Under the pieces are notes generated by a model. It ran no database searches, was not told where the DNA came from, and worked only from the letters and a program-made list of their open reading frames with translations. A DNA stretch of 40,571 bases from a virus (lineage: Duplodnaviria; Caudoviricetes), in the IMG/VR virus record IMGVR_UViG_3300016265_001829, positions 1 to 40,571 of that record. One strand, given 5' to 3'. This document shows positions 1 to 8,638 of the stretch, piece by piece (position 1 is the first letter of the stretch; every line of letters begins with the position of its first letter). Made by a program: the position numbers and the translations under genes.

Positions 1-25
1 CCATCCAAAGGCGCGTTTTTTGGCT
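1..25. other. cos site, left genome end (11-bp terminal repeat CCATCCAAAGG plus right arm of dyad)
   Basis: 1-11 is identical to 40561-40571. GCGTTTTTTGGCT (13-25) is the exact reverse complement of AGCCAAAAAACGC (40547-40559). Lies directly upstream of terS. Confidence 0.85.
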
Positions 26-73
26 AGGGACAGAATTTTTATATACTATTGTTGAGAAACAACGGGAAAAAAG

Positions 74-550
74 ATGCTTTCTTTTACTGCGATCGCTAAA
101 TATACGGATATTCCTAACAGCACGATCAATTATTGGCATGATCGTGGGTATATTGTTGATAGTGATGAGATGGAACCGATTGTTAAGTCGATAATTGCTT
201 ATTTGAGAAAGCAGATTGAGGATAAAGAACAGAAAAATGATAAAAACAATTATTTTGCGGAAAAGACAAGGTTGACATCTGCTCAAGCCGATAAGATTGA
301 GTTAGAAAATGCTGTCCGGCAAGGGGAATTATTAGAAGCTTCTGAGTGTGAGCGGGCTTGGAGTGGGTTGGTTGGTAATTCTAGGGCGCGGTTGTTGGCT
401 ATTCCGAGTAAGTTAGCACCTGAATTAGCGATTACAAATGACCCGATCGCCGTGGAAAATCGGTTAAAATTGGCAATACATGAAGTTTTGTGGGAATTAA
501 GTAAAGGTTTTGAAGTGGAATCTGGGGAATCCCAAGAAATTATTAATTAA
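74..550 (+). CDS. terS: Terminase small subunit (lambda Nu1-like)
   Basis: N-terminal wHTH-like segment, EKTRLTSAQADKIELENAVRQGEL and RARLLAIPSKLAPEL typical of Nu1; directly upstream of the large subunit. Confidence 0.88.
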   Translation: MLSFTAIAKYTDIPNSTINYWHDRGYIVDSDEMEPIVKSIIAYLRKQIEDKEQKNDKNNYFAEKTRLTSAQADKIELENAVRQGELLEASECERAWSGLVGNSRARLLAIPSKLAPELAITNDPIAVENRLKLAIHEVLWELSKGFEVESGESQEIIN

Positions 551-2375
551 GGTATCTGAATCAGTCTGGCCGCCCCCGCCGGTACTGAAAATTTCTGATT
601 GGGCTGATGAGTTCCGGTATCTTTCCCCGGAGGCTTCGGCAGAGCCAGGGAAGTGGCGAACGGCGCGGGTTCCCTACCTTCGAGAGATTTTGGACACGAT
701 TGGCACGGTTCCGGAAGTGGTGATTATGGCTTCGGCACAGACGGGGAAGACGGAAGCGGTGTTGAATACGATTGGGTATTTTATGCACCAAGATCCGGCT
801 CCTATTATGATGGTGCAGCCAACGATCGAAATGGCCGAGGCAATTAGTAAGGATAGGATTGCCACGATGCTGAGGGATTCCCCTGCTTTGTCGGGATTGG
901 TCAAAGACCGACGGATGCGAGATTCGGGGAATGAGATTTTACATAAGGTCTTCCCGGGAGGACATCTCACTTTGTCGGGGGCTAACTCCCCGGCAAGTTT
1001 AGCAAGCCGTCCTATTCGGGTGCTACTTTTTGATGAGGTGGATCGGTTCCCCCCGTCAGCAGGGTCTGAGGGTGATCCTGTAAATTTGGCTATTAAGCGG
1101 TCTGCCACTTTCTGGAATAGGGTCATCGTCAAGGTTTCTACCCCAACGATTAAGGGGATTTCTCGGATTGAGAAAGACTGGGAGCGATCGGATAAACGGA
1201 TTTATCATGTGCCTTGTCCCCACTGCCAGAAGTTACAGCCGTTGGTTTGGGAGCGGGTGAAATGGGAAAAGAGTAAATCCAGCGATAAGGTTGAGGCGTG
1301 GTATGAGTGCGTGTCCTGTTTTGGGAAGATTACCGACGCGCATAAGCCTACTTTTTTAGCTGAGGGGCATTGGGTGCGAACTAATCTGGGAAGCTCGATC
1401 GCAGGCTTTCATCTCTCGGAGTTGTATTCGCCATGGCGGTCTTTCGCTGATGTAGTCCGGGCTTATCTGGAAGCAAAGGATGATCCGCAGTTACTCAAGG
1501 TTTTCTGGAATACTTCTTTAGGGTTGCCCTACGATGATGGGAGTGGGGAGGGGTTACTGTGGCGAAATCTGTTTACCCGTCGCGAACCTTACCACCCGCT
1601 TTCGGTTCCCCGTGGTGCGCTGGTACTTACTGCCGGAATTGACGTGCAAGCTAATCGGTTAGCGGTTTCGGTGTGGGGGTGGGGTCGGAAAGAGGAAGCG
1701 TGGTTAATCTATCATACTGAGTTGTTTGGCAATCCTGATCAGGAAAAGATCTGGCATGAGCTTGATGCTATCCTCAATGCCACTTATAGCCACGAGTTGG
1801 GAGAGTTGGGAATTACCCTAGCGGCGATCGATACTGGGTATGCGGCCCAGACGGTGTACAACTATGTCCGCGTGCGTTCTAAGATTTATGCTGTTAAGGG
1901 GTCGTCCTCATTGTGGAAACCGCCGATTTCTCGACCTTCTTTGATTGATGTTAACTATCGGGGTAAAACGATTAAGAAAGGGGTCGCGGTTTGGCCAATT
2001 GGGACGGATACGATTAAATCTACTGTTTTTTCACGGTTAAAGTTGATTGAACCGGGGCCGGGATATTTTCACTTTCCCCAGATAGATGAGGAATACTTCG
2101 AGCAGCTGACGGCGGAAAAGGTGGTTAGCACGATGATTAACGGCCAGCACCGGAGAAAGTGGATTCAGATTCGCAATCGGAATGAAGCTCTTGATTGTTT
2201 GGTTTATGCCTATGCTGCGGCGGTTTCTGTGGGCATTGCGAGGATTGATTGGGATAAGTTAGAATCGCAATTATTCCCCGCAATTACTGAGGAAATCGAA
2301 CCAACAGAACGGGAAGTCAAGAAACCTGTTAAGGAACGGTCACGGCGCGGGTCAGGATTTGTTAAGGGGTGGTAA
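510..2375 (+). CDS. terL: Terminase large subunit (GpA family)
   Basis: ASAQTGKT Walker A, LLFDEVD Walker B, VSTPT coupling motif, CPHC..CVSC zinc knuckle, GIDVQ nuclease motif, RNEALDC. TTG start. Confidence 0.96.
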   Translation: MKWNLGNPKKLLIKVSESVWPPPPVLKISDWADEFRYLSPEASAEPGKWRTARVPYLREILDTIGTVPEVVIMASAQTGKTEAVLNTIGYFMHQDPAPIMMVQPTIEMAEAISKDRIATMLRDSPALSGLVKDRRMRDSGNEILHKVFPGGHLTLSGANSPASLASRPIRVLLFDEVDRFPPSAGSEGDPVNLAIKRSATFWNRVIVKVSTPTIKGISRIEKDWERSDKRIYHVPCPHCQKLQPLVWERVKWEKSKSSDKVEAWYECVSCFGKITDAHKPTFLAEGHWVRTNLGSSIAGFHLSELYSPWRSFADVVRAYLEAKDDPQLLKVFWNTSLGLPYDDGSGEGLLWRNLFTRREPYHPLSVPRGALVLTAGIDVQANRLAVSVWGWGRKEEAWLIYHTELFGNPDQEKIWHELDAILNATYSHELGELGITLAAIDTGYAAQTVYNYVRVRSKIYAVKGSSSLWKPPISRPSLIDVNYRGKTIKKGVAVWPIGTDTIKSTVFSRLKLIEPGPGYFHFPQIDEEYFEQLTAEKVVSTMINGQHRRKWIQIRNRNEALDCLVYAYAAAVSVGIARIDWDKLESQLFPAITEEIEPTEREVKKPVKERSRRGSGFVKGW

Positions 2376-2377
2376 TT

Positions 2378-2527
2378 ATGGCTTATCAGTTAGTAGAAGT
2401 TTTTCAAGATGATTTAGCTAAAACTTTTGTTTATAGAGACCCTAATTTTAGTGGGTCACGGTTGGGGTTTCGGTTTTTAGCAAGGTTTTTAAAGAGTGCA
2501 AGGGGTAAGGATAAGTTTGGTGTATAA
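2378..2527 (+). CDS. Small hypothetical protein, 49 aa (not in ORF track)
   Basis: ATG 2 nt after the terL stop; MAYQLVEVFQDDLAKTFVYRDPNFSGSRLGFRFLARFLKSARGKDKFGV*; fills the gap before the tRNA. Confidence 0.5.
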   Translation: MAYQLVEVFQDDLAKTFVYRDPNFSGSRLGFRFLARFLKSARGKDKFGV

Positions 2528-2528
2528 T
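2523..2528 (+). promoter_or_regulatory. -10 box for the tRNA gene
   Basis: Consensus TATAAT ending 7 nt before the first tRNA base. Confidence 0.6.
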
Positions 2529-2535
2529 AGATGAT

Positions 2536-2609
2536 GCCGGGTGAGTGAAACGGATTATCACGAAAGTCTCATAAGCTTTCAATAGCAGGTTCGACTCCTG
2601 TACCCGACT
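2536..2609 (+). tRNA. tRNA with CAT anticodon (Met or Ile2), atypical, CCA not encoded
   Basis: Cloverleaf: acceptor GCCGGGT/ACCCGAC (one C-A mismatch), D-stem GTGA/TCAC, anticodon arm AAAGT-CTCATAA-GCTTT, T-arm GCAGG-TTCGACT-CCTGT. Confidence 0.85.
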
Positions 2610-2629
2610 TTTAAAAATGCTAAATAAGC

Positions 2630-2830
2630 TTACGGCTTTTTAACATTAGAGCTACAGTTAGGAGGCTTTCCTATAGGTTTATCCTGTTTAGGTTGATAAC
2701 CGCCATAAGAATTATTTTGAGTTTGATAGTAAAGCAAGGTAAATAAAAGCCCAAGCACAAAAATTACAAACAAAGCAATAATCATAAACAAAATGGTAAA
2801 AATGAAAAATTCTTGGAAGGGGGGTTCCAA
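2630..2830 (-). CDS. Small membrane protein (moron-like, opposite strand)
   Basis: About 28-residue hydrophobic stretch followed by a polar tail; AT-rich; start uncertain. Confidence 0.55.
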   Translation of the reverse strand: MEPPFQEFFIFTILFMIIALFVIFVLGLLFTLLYYQTQNNSYGGYQPKQDKPIGKPPNCSSNVKKP

Positions 2831-2888
2831 GAAAGCGAAAATTATTGGTGCTTTAATTATATCTTATCAGATACTCATTTAATTTATT

Positions 2889-2981
2889 GAACTGGCAATC
2901 TTGGAAAATTACTGCAAAAAAACGAAAAGAACCAAAACTGAGGTGATTAGAGAACTGATTAGGAATTTAGAATTAAGATAA
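2889..2981 (+). pseudogene. 5'-truncated CopG/ribbon-helix-helix gene remnant
   Basis: Frame reads ELAILENYCKKTKRTKTEVIRELIRNLELR*, resembling the two helices of small cyanobacterial RHH proteins. An in-frame TAA lies just upstream and the beta-strand and ATG are missing. Confidence 0.55.
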
Positions 2982-3009
2982 TAGAAGTGAGAAAAGTGAG
3001 AGTTGTCCT

Positions 3010-3528
3010 ATGCTCGGAATCCCTGAGAAAATTGTCGCTGGCGATTATGTTCGATGGACTGACCCCTTAACAGAGGGGAGTTTGTCGTGGGCGATTCGGG
3101 GTGTAGGAGTTTCCTTAAATATTACGGCGACGATCGAGGATAATAATTTTGTTACTGTGATAAGTTCGGACGACTCCGGGAACTTGCCCCCCGGAGTTTA
3201 TTCTTGGCAAGCTTACCGAACGGTGGACGGAAATCGAGAAACTATTGACACGGGTAGAATAAAGGTTGAACCCAACTTTCTGAGTTTGAATAGTTATGAT
3301 CCAGCGACGGAAGCTGAGAGGTTGTTAGGGCAAGTGAGGACGGCAATTCAATCGGTTTTGAGTAGCGGGCAAGCATATCAAATCGGTGAGCGAGAGTTTA
3401 CCCGCGCTAATCTTTCTGAATTGAGGGAATGGGAAACTAGATTAAAGTTTCAGGTTTACCGAGAGGGGAAGGCTTTGCGAGGGGAGTCTGCTAATTTAAA
3501 AATTCGATTCCGTAGGGAGTATGGCTAA
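3010..3528 (+). CDS. Head completion/head-tail joining protein (gpW-like C-terminus)
   Basis: GQAYQIGEREFTRANLSELREWE resembles gpW; located between terminase and portal. Confidence 0.65.
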   Translation: MLGIPEKIVAGDYVRWTDPLTEGSLSWAIRGVGVSLNITATIEDNNFVTVISSDDSGNLPPGVYSWQAYRTVDGNRETIDTGRIKVEPNFLSLNSYDPATEAERLLGQVRTAIQSVLSSGQAYQIGEREFTRANLSELREWETRLKFQVYREGKALRGESANLKIRFRREYG

Positions 3529-5053
3529 AAAAGGAAAGTCGAAAAAAAAGTCTAAATCCGCAAATGTTTCGGATTTGCCGAAGCGCAGATACGATGGAGC
3601 AAGGCTTAATCGAAGTAATTCTGATTGGTTGGTTAGTTCCAGTTCTGCCGATTCTGATCTGCGGTCTGATTTGGTGCGCTTACGGAATCGATCGCGTGAT
3701 TTGATCCGTAATAATCCTTATCTTAAACACGCCATTCAAGCGACTCTCCCCAATAATATCATTGGCACGGGGTTGGGGTTTCAGAGTCAGGTTAAGCGGA
3801 AGCGCGGGGATAGATTAGATGATGATTTGAATCAGCAGATTGAGGATGCTTGGCTTGAATGGCAAGAGGCTAATTATTGTCACACTGCCGGAAAGCTGAC
3901 TTTTGGAGATTTACAGAGATTAGCGATTAAGTCGGTTGCTGAATCTGGTGAGGTATTGTTTCGGGTAATTCGATCGAGTTTTGGGGGTTCTCCGATTCCG
4001 ATCGCCCTTGAGATTATTGAATCAGATCAACTGTGTGATTCCCACGCGGTGAGTGGCTACGGGGGAAATCTGATTAAGATGGGCGTGGAATTAAACGAGT
4101 GGCAGCGACCCGTGGCTTATCACTTGTACCCTTACCACCCCGGCGATACTCAGTTTACCCGGGCAGTGGAAAATGGCAAGTTAATCAGGATTGCGGCTGA
4201 TGATGTCTATCACCTCTTTTTGTCAGATCGACCGGGACAGACGCGGGGAGTGCCGTGGCTGCACGCGGTGATTAATAGATGCCGGCAGATGAATGCTTTT
4301 GAGGATGCGAAGATTACCACCGCTCGCGCCCAAGCTTTGATTAATGCGTTTATCACTACCCCTGACCCTGAAAATGTGGTCTTGGCTGGTGAAACGGAAA
4401 ACGGCGATCGAACCTGGGATTTAGATTCTGGGGAAGCAATCGTCTTGCAACCGGGGGAACAAGTGCAAGCTTTCATACCTTCGACTCCTAATGATAATGG
4501 TTCTGAGTTTTTAAAATCCCTTCTGCGATCGGCTGCAATTGCTACGGGAATCAGTTATGAGGCTTTTACTGGTGATTTTAGTAGCACTTCTTATTCAAGC
4601 GCACGAACGGCTTTACTGCAAGAAAGGGACTGTTATCAGGTTTTACAAAATTGGTTTATTAATTGCTTTTTATTGCCTTTTTATCGGGAATGGCTTGATG
4701 TGGCGGTGTTGTCAGGTCGGGTAAAAATTGATGATTATTTTCAAAATCGCGCCCATTACTGCAAGCCTAAGTTTACCTCTCGCGGTTGGCCTTGGGTTGA
4801 CCCGTTAAAAGAGGTCAATGCCAATATTGAAGCGGTTAAAGCCGGGTTCAAAACGTTAACGGAAATTGCGGCGGAATCGGGTAAAGATTTTGAGGATATT
4901 GTCAAGACGCGCCGGCGAGAATTGGATTTATTGGCAACTTATCAAATTGATCTTGTGGATACTGGCAGTCAGTCTGTGGAGCCAGTAATTATGACCGAAA
5001 AACAGTTTCGCAGTTTAAAGTACAAGTCTAATCTTCGACTTCGCTCAGATTAA
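3521..5053 (+). CDS. Portal protein, lambda family
   Basis: LRNRSRDLIRNN, RPGQTRGVPW, YSSARTALL and WVDPLKE motifs. Confidence 0.95.
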   Translation: MAKKGKSKKKSKSANVSDLPKRRYDGARLNRSNSDWLVSSSSADSDLRSDLVRLRNRSRDLIRNNPYLKHAIQATLPNNIIGTGLGFQSQVKRKRGDRLDDDLNQQIEDAWLEWQEANYCHTAGKLTFGDLQRLAIKSVAESGEVLFRVIRSSFGGSPIPIALEIIESDQLCDSHAVSGYGGNLIKMGVELNEWQRPVAYHLYPYHPGDTQFTRAVENGKLIRIAADDVYHLFLSDRPGQTRGVPWLHAVINRCRQMNAFEDAKITTARAQALINAFITTPDPENVVLAGETENGDRTWDLDSGEAIVLQPGEQVQAFIPSTPNDNGSEFLKSLLRSAAIATGISYEAFTGDFSSTSYSSARTALLQERDCYQVLQNWFINCFLLPFYREWLDVAVLSGRVKIDDYFQNRAHYCKPKFTSRGWPWVDPLKEVNANIEAVKAGFKTLTEIAAESGKDFEDIVKTRRRELDLLATYQIDLVDTGSQSVEPVIMTEKQFRSLKYKSNLRLRSD

Positions 5054-5092
5054 AAAATTTGTGATATATTGATTGTGGTAGTAAAATGATTA

Positions 5093-5124
5093 AAAATCCC
5101 CTGCGTTTTTCGGCGGGGGGTTTT
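5093..5124. terminator. Stem-loop after portal
   Basis: AAAATCCCCTGC / GCGGGGGGTTTT, 12-bp stem including G-U pairs. Confidence 0.55.
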
Positions 5125-5181
5125 AAAAGTCTAGATCACCTTATTAATAAATAAATTTTTCACTGTTAACGAGGAAACGAT

Positions 5182-5211
5182 GAGAAGCCTGAAAAGGTTT
5201 TCTCTTTTTTT
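5182..5211 (+). terminator. Rho-independent terminator
   Basis: GAGAAGCCT-GAAA-AGGTTTTCTC followed by T7. Confidence 0.65.
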
Positions 5212-5239
5212 GTGTAAAATAAAATCAGTAGGAGGGCTT

Positions 5240-7063
5240 ATGCAAAATAAACCAGAAACTGGCATTAAACATTTCCGAGATGTGAAGTTTGAGCGGCAGG
5301 CAGAAGACGGCGAAACTTTTAGTTTTAGCTGGTCGTCGGAGTATCCTGTAGATATGTATTATTATAAAGAGATTTTATCCCATGAGGAAGGGGCAATTAA
5401 TCTAGAAAGATTAGCCGGGATGAATTTGCTTTGGAATCATGATCGAGATATTGTTTTAGGGAAAATTGAACGGGTCTGGGTAACGAATAAAAAAGCTTAT
5501 TGTCAAGCGAGATGGAGTAAAAAGCCAAGTATTCAGGAATATCGGCAAGACGTCGCCGATGGAATTATCACTAATGCTTCTTTTTTGTATTCTGTGGAAG
5601 AATACGAGGAAATAGGTATTGGAGAGGAAAATTATGGTTTCATCGGAAAACGATGGACACCTTACGAAATTAGCTTGGTAAGCGTCCCGGCAGATCCGAC
5701 GGTGGGCATCGGACGATCTTTAATAGATAGTAAAATAGAGGAAAAAAGAGGTTTGATTATGGAAACAATGGAAAAAAGCGTATTAGATGCGCGTAATGAG
5801 GAATTGGAGCGAACTAAAGAAATTTTGGCTATGGGCGAAAATTTTCAGATGCGCGATTTAGCCCGATCTTTGGTAAACGATGGCACGGATTTAAATACCG
5901 CTAGACGAACTTTTTTGGATAAAATGCGCCCGGAACAACGACCAGTGGCACAGGCGATCGATACCTCTTTAGGATTGTCAGAAAAGGAACAACGGCAGTA
6001 TTCTCTAGTTAGGGCAATTAACGCCGTGGCTTTTGGGATGAGCGAAGGTGCTGGTTTTGAGCTTGAATGTAGCAATGAGATTGCAAAAAGAATAGGCCGG
6101 CCTACTAACGGATTTTTTATGCCGGTGCGAGATTTAAAAGCTAAATCGAATTTAAGCCAACGGGACACTTATGCCGTCGGAGCAAACCCTACTGGTGGTT
6201 TTACTGTGCAAACAGATTTACTGGAACAAGAGTTTATTGACCTGCTCCGAAATAGGGCGATGGTCATGCAGTTGGGCGCTTCAATGATGTCGGGTCTGGT
6301 GGGTAATGTGGATATTCCGGGTCAAGCCACGGCGGCGACTTCTTACTGGATTGGGGAAGGAAACGACCTAACGCAATCGGAAGGGACGTTTAAACAGATT
6401 CCTCTGCGAATGAAAACCGTTGGGGCATTAAGCAGATATACCCGAACGATGATGATGCAGTCCAGCATTGATATTGAGGCTTTTATCAGAAATGATTTTG
6501 CTTCGATTATTGCTTTGGCTATTGATACGGCGGCGATTTCTGGGACTGGCTTATCGAATCAACCTAGAGGGATTTTAAATACTTCGGGTGTAGGGTCGGT
6601 AGCTTTAGGTGGGGCTGGGGGACAACCGACGTGGGGAAGTATTGTCGGTTTGATCCGAGAGATTGCAATTGACAACGCAAATTTAGGTGGCACAGCGTGG
6701 TTAACGAATCCCCAAGTGATGAGCAAGCTGATGACCACTCCTATTCAATCAGGTGGGACGGAAGGTAATTTTTTACTAAAAGAACCGGGGAATAGTTTGT
6801 GTGGTTATCCTTTCTACGTCACTAATCAAATTCCTGCTAATCTAACTAAAGGTGGAGGGACAAATTTAAGCGCTCTGATTTTTGGCAACTGGCCGCAATT
6901 GTTAATCGGTGAGTGGGGTGTTCTTGAGGTGTTGGCTAATCCGTATTCGTCTAATGTGTTCCCGTCGGGAAGCGTTGAGGTGCGTTGTATGCAAAGCATC
7001 GACATTAATATTCGCAACCCCGAATCGTTTGCTGTTATCACGGATATGATCACTACTCTTTAA
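5240..7063 (+). CDS. Fused HK97-type prohead protease and major capsid protein
   Basis: LLWNHD, NASFLY and YEISLVSVPAD protease motifs, then an HK97 capsid region (WIGEG, IDTAAISGTGLSNQPRGILN, FGNW). Start placed at ATG 5240 behind SD AGGAGG. Confidence 0.93.
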   Translation: MQNKPETGIKHFRDVKFERQAEDGETFSFSWSSEYPVDMYYYKEILSHEEGAINLERLAGMNLLWNHDRDIVLGKIERVWVTNKKAYCQARWSKKPSIQEYRQDVADGIITNASFLYSVEEYEEIGIGEENYGFIGKRWTPYEISLVSVPADPTVGIGRSLIDSKIEEKRGLIMETMEKSVLDARNEELERTKEILAMGENFQMRDLARSLVNDGTDLNTARRTFLDKMRPEQRPVAQAIDTSLGLSEKEQRQYSLVRAINAVAFGMSEGAGFELECSNEIAKRIGRPTNGFFMPVRDLKAKSNLSQRDTYAVGANPTGGFTVQTDLLEQEFIDLLRNRAMVMQLGASMMSGLVGNVDIPGQATAATSYWIGEGNDLTQSEGTFKQIPLRMKTVGALSRYTRTMMMQSSIDIEAFIRNDFASIIALAIDTAAISGTGLSNQPRGILNTSGVGSVALGGAGGQPTWGSIVGLIREIAIDNANLGGTAWLTNPQVMSKLMTTPIQSGGTEGNFLLKEPGNSLCGYPFYVTNQIPANLTKGGGTNLSALIFGNWPQLLIGEWGVLEVLANPYSSNVFPSGSVEVRCMQSIDINIRNPESFAVITDMITTL

Positions 7064-7075
7064 TTAATTACTAAC

Positions 7076-7249
7076 ATGGCTAAATACATGGTTCGGACGG
7101 GCTTTAATATGGCCTTACAAACGGGTAAATCTACTCAATATTTTGAGGGGGGAAATGAGATTGAGTTAACCCCTGAACAGTATAATCAAGTTAAGCACAT
7201 GGTTGAAGAAGTATCTAAAGTTAAGGAGCCTAAAAATGCCACTGTATAA
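7076..7249 (+). CDS. Small virion-associated protein, 57 aa (not in ORF track)
   Basis: MAKYMVRTGFNMALQTGKSTQYFEGGNEIELTPEQYNQVKHMVEEVSKVKEPKNATV*; directly after capsid; pattern similar to the next gene. Confidence 0.7.
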   Translation: MAKYMVRTGFNMALQTGKSTQYFEGGNEIELTPEQYNQVKHMVEEVSKVKEPKNATV

Positions 7250-7460
7250 GGTTAAACCCGAACGGACAATCGAACATGAAAATGTTTGCTATTTTCAGGG
7301 AGATGTAGTTGAATTACCTTCTAAATACGGAGCTTTCCATGAACCGAATATTGTGGTTTATGTACCTGAAGTTGTCTCTATTGAGGAAGATGAAGAAGAT
7401 GAAGATGATGGTGAGGATGAAGAGGAAAAAAGCTCGTCGTCTTTAATTTGGCATGGCTGA
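7236..7460 (+). CDS. Small virion-associated protein with acidic tail
   Basis: ATG 7236 behind AAGGAG; YFQGDVVEL motif; poly-E/D tract. Confidence 0.7.
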   Translation: MPLYKVKPERTIEHENVCYFQGDVVELPSKYGAFHEPNIVVYVPEVVSIEEDEEDEDDGEDEEEKSSSSLIWHG

Positions 7461-7735
7461 TGTTTAGCGAAAATCTTGACGCGTTTTTGGAAGATTTTGG
7501 GGTTATTGCTGTGGTTAATGGCGGCAATAACTCTTTTTTTGTTTTGTTTGACAAGTTTCACTCACGAATGGACATTAGCATAGAAGGTCGGTCATTGATT
7601 GCTACAGCAAAGACCGAAAATATTGTTAATTTAAATCACGGGGCTATAATTGTTATTGAGAATACTAAATATGAGGTAGTAGGTATTCGTCCGATTGATG
7701 ATGGTAAATTTACTGAGTTGGATTTAAAAGAATGA
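7460..7735 (+). CDS. Head-tail joining (stopper, gpFII-like) protein
   Basis: TGATG coupling with the previous gene; ~91-aa beta-rich protein ending YEVVGIRPIDDGKFTELDL; synteny. Confidence 0.7.
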   Translation: MFSENLDAFLEDFGVIAVVNGGNNSFFVLFDKFHSRMDISIEGRSLIATAKTENIVNLNHGAIIVIENTKYEVVGIRPIDDGKFTELDLKE

Positions 7736-8154
7736 GTAGCAAGCGTTTAGAAATTTTAGAAGATTTGCAATCACGGTTAAAAAATATTACCGTAGCTAAT
7801 AATTATTTAACTAATATTGGTAAAAATGTTGTTTACTGGCAAGACACCGATTTTGAATATGGAGAATCGGTGTTAGCTTTTAAGGATACCGTCGAGGAAG
7901 TTCTCCAGGTTAATTATCCCTATGAAAAAGTGTTATGTGTAGAAATTGCTGTTTATTGGCAAATCGTTGATGATAATTTATTAACTGTTTCTTCTCAGAT
8001 TTTGAAAGATTTAGAAAATTGCTTAGATAAATTTTTGGTTTTGCGAGGTAATGCTAACATGGTTAATAACGAAAAAATAGTAGAAACCAAAGGGAAAAAA
8101 ACTTTGCAGATTAAGGTTAAACTTAAAATACAGTATCGGGATTTTTTAGAATGA
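7732..8154 (+). CDS. Putative tail terminator/completion protein
   Basis: KRLEILEDLQSRLKNITVANNYLTNIG N-terminus, 140 aa, synteny. Confidence 0.6.
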   Translation: MSSKRLEILEDLQSRLKNITVANNYLTNIGKNVVYWQDTDFEYGESVLAFKDTVEEVLQVNYPYEKVLCVEIAVYWQIVDDNLLTVSSQILKDLENCLDKFLVLRGNANMVNNEKIVETKGKKTLQIKVKLKIQYRDFLE

Positions 8155-8603
8155 TAAACTTTTTACTTGCAGTTAACGTATTGTTAATTAATCCTGGTTA
8201 TAGCCATCCAACTCAAGCTGAACCAGTAAAAAAAGAAGAAGTTTATCACGATTTTAACATCGGTAAATTCCTCGAAAATAACTGGGTAATCATAATTGGG
8301 GGAATTGTTTTTTTAGTGCGCTTGCAAAATAGCGTCGAGGATATTAAAAAAGATAATCAAAATAAAATTGATTTATTAATTAAAGATTTTGAGTTTATTA
8401 AGTCTAGTTTACACGAATTGCGCCAACAAATTGATAACACAGCAGGGACGGCGAAAGAGGATGTGAGGCGGGTGTCGAACAAATTGACAAAAACTCAGCA
8501 TAAATTAGATAAATTTATCGAATTTGTCAATAATGAGCGCATCACAAATTCTAAGCCAATTTTTAAAATTAATCATCAAGAGGATGACGATCAAGATTTT
8601 TAA
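8151..8603 (+). CDS. Membrane-anchored coiled-coil protein
   Basis: Hydrophobic N-terminus, second hydrophobic segment WVIIIGGIVFLV, then a charged coiled coil. Confidence 0.6.
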   Translation: MINFLLAVNVLLINPGYSHPTQAEPVKKEEVYHDFNIGKFLENNWVIIIGGIVFLVRLQNSVEDIKKDNQNKIDLLIKDFEFIKSSLHELRQQIDNTAGTAKEDVRRVSNKLTKTQHKLDKFIEFVNNERITNSKPIFKINHQEDDDQDF

Positions 8604-8638
8604 GGTAAAATTGAAATAAACAAAGGAGGCTTATTTTT

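Noticed and set aside
1-11. Terminal repeat as a mere assembler overlap
   Set aside because: It is only 11 bp, centred in a perfect 13-bp dyad and next to terS, which fits cos better. Not formally excluded without reads.
5180-5239. ORF-track starts at 5180, 7203, 7448, 9461, 20318, 28687, 30738 and 32907
   Set aside because: They run through terminators or regulatory repeats or ignore stop-start coupling; downstream ATGs with SD or overlap were preferred.
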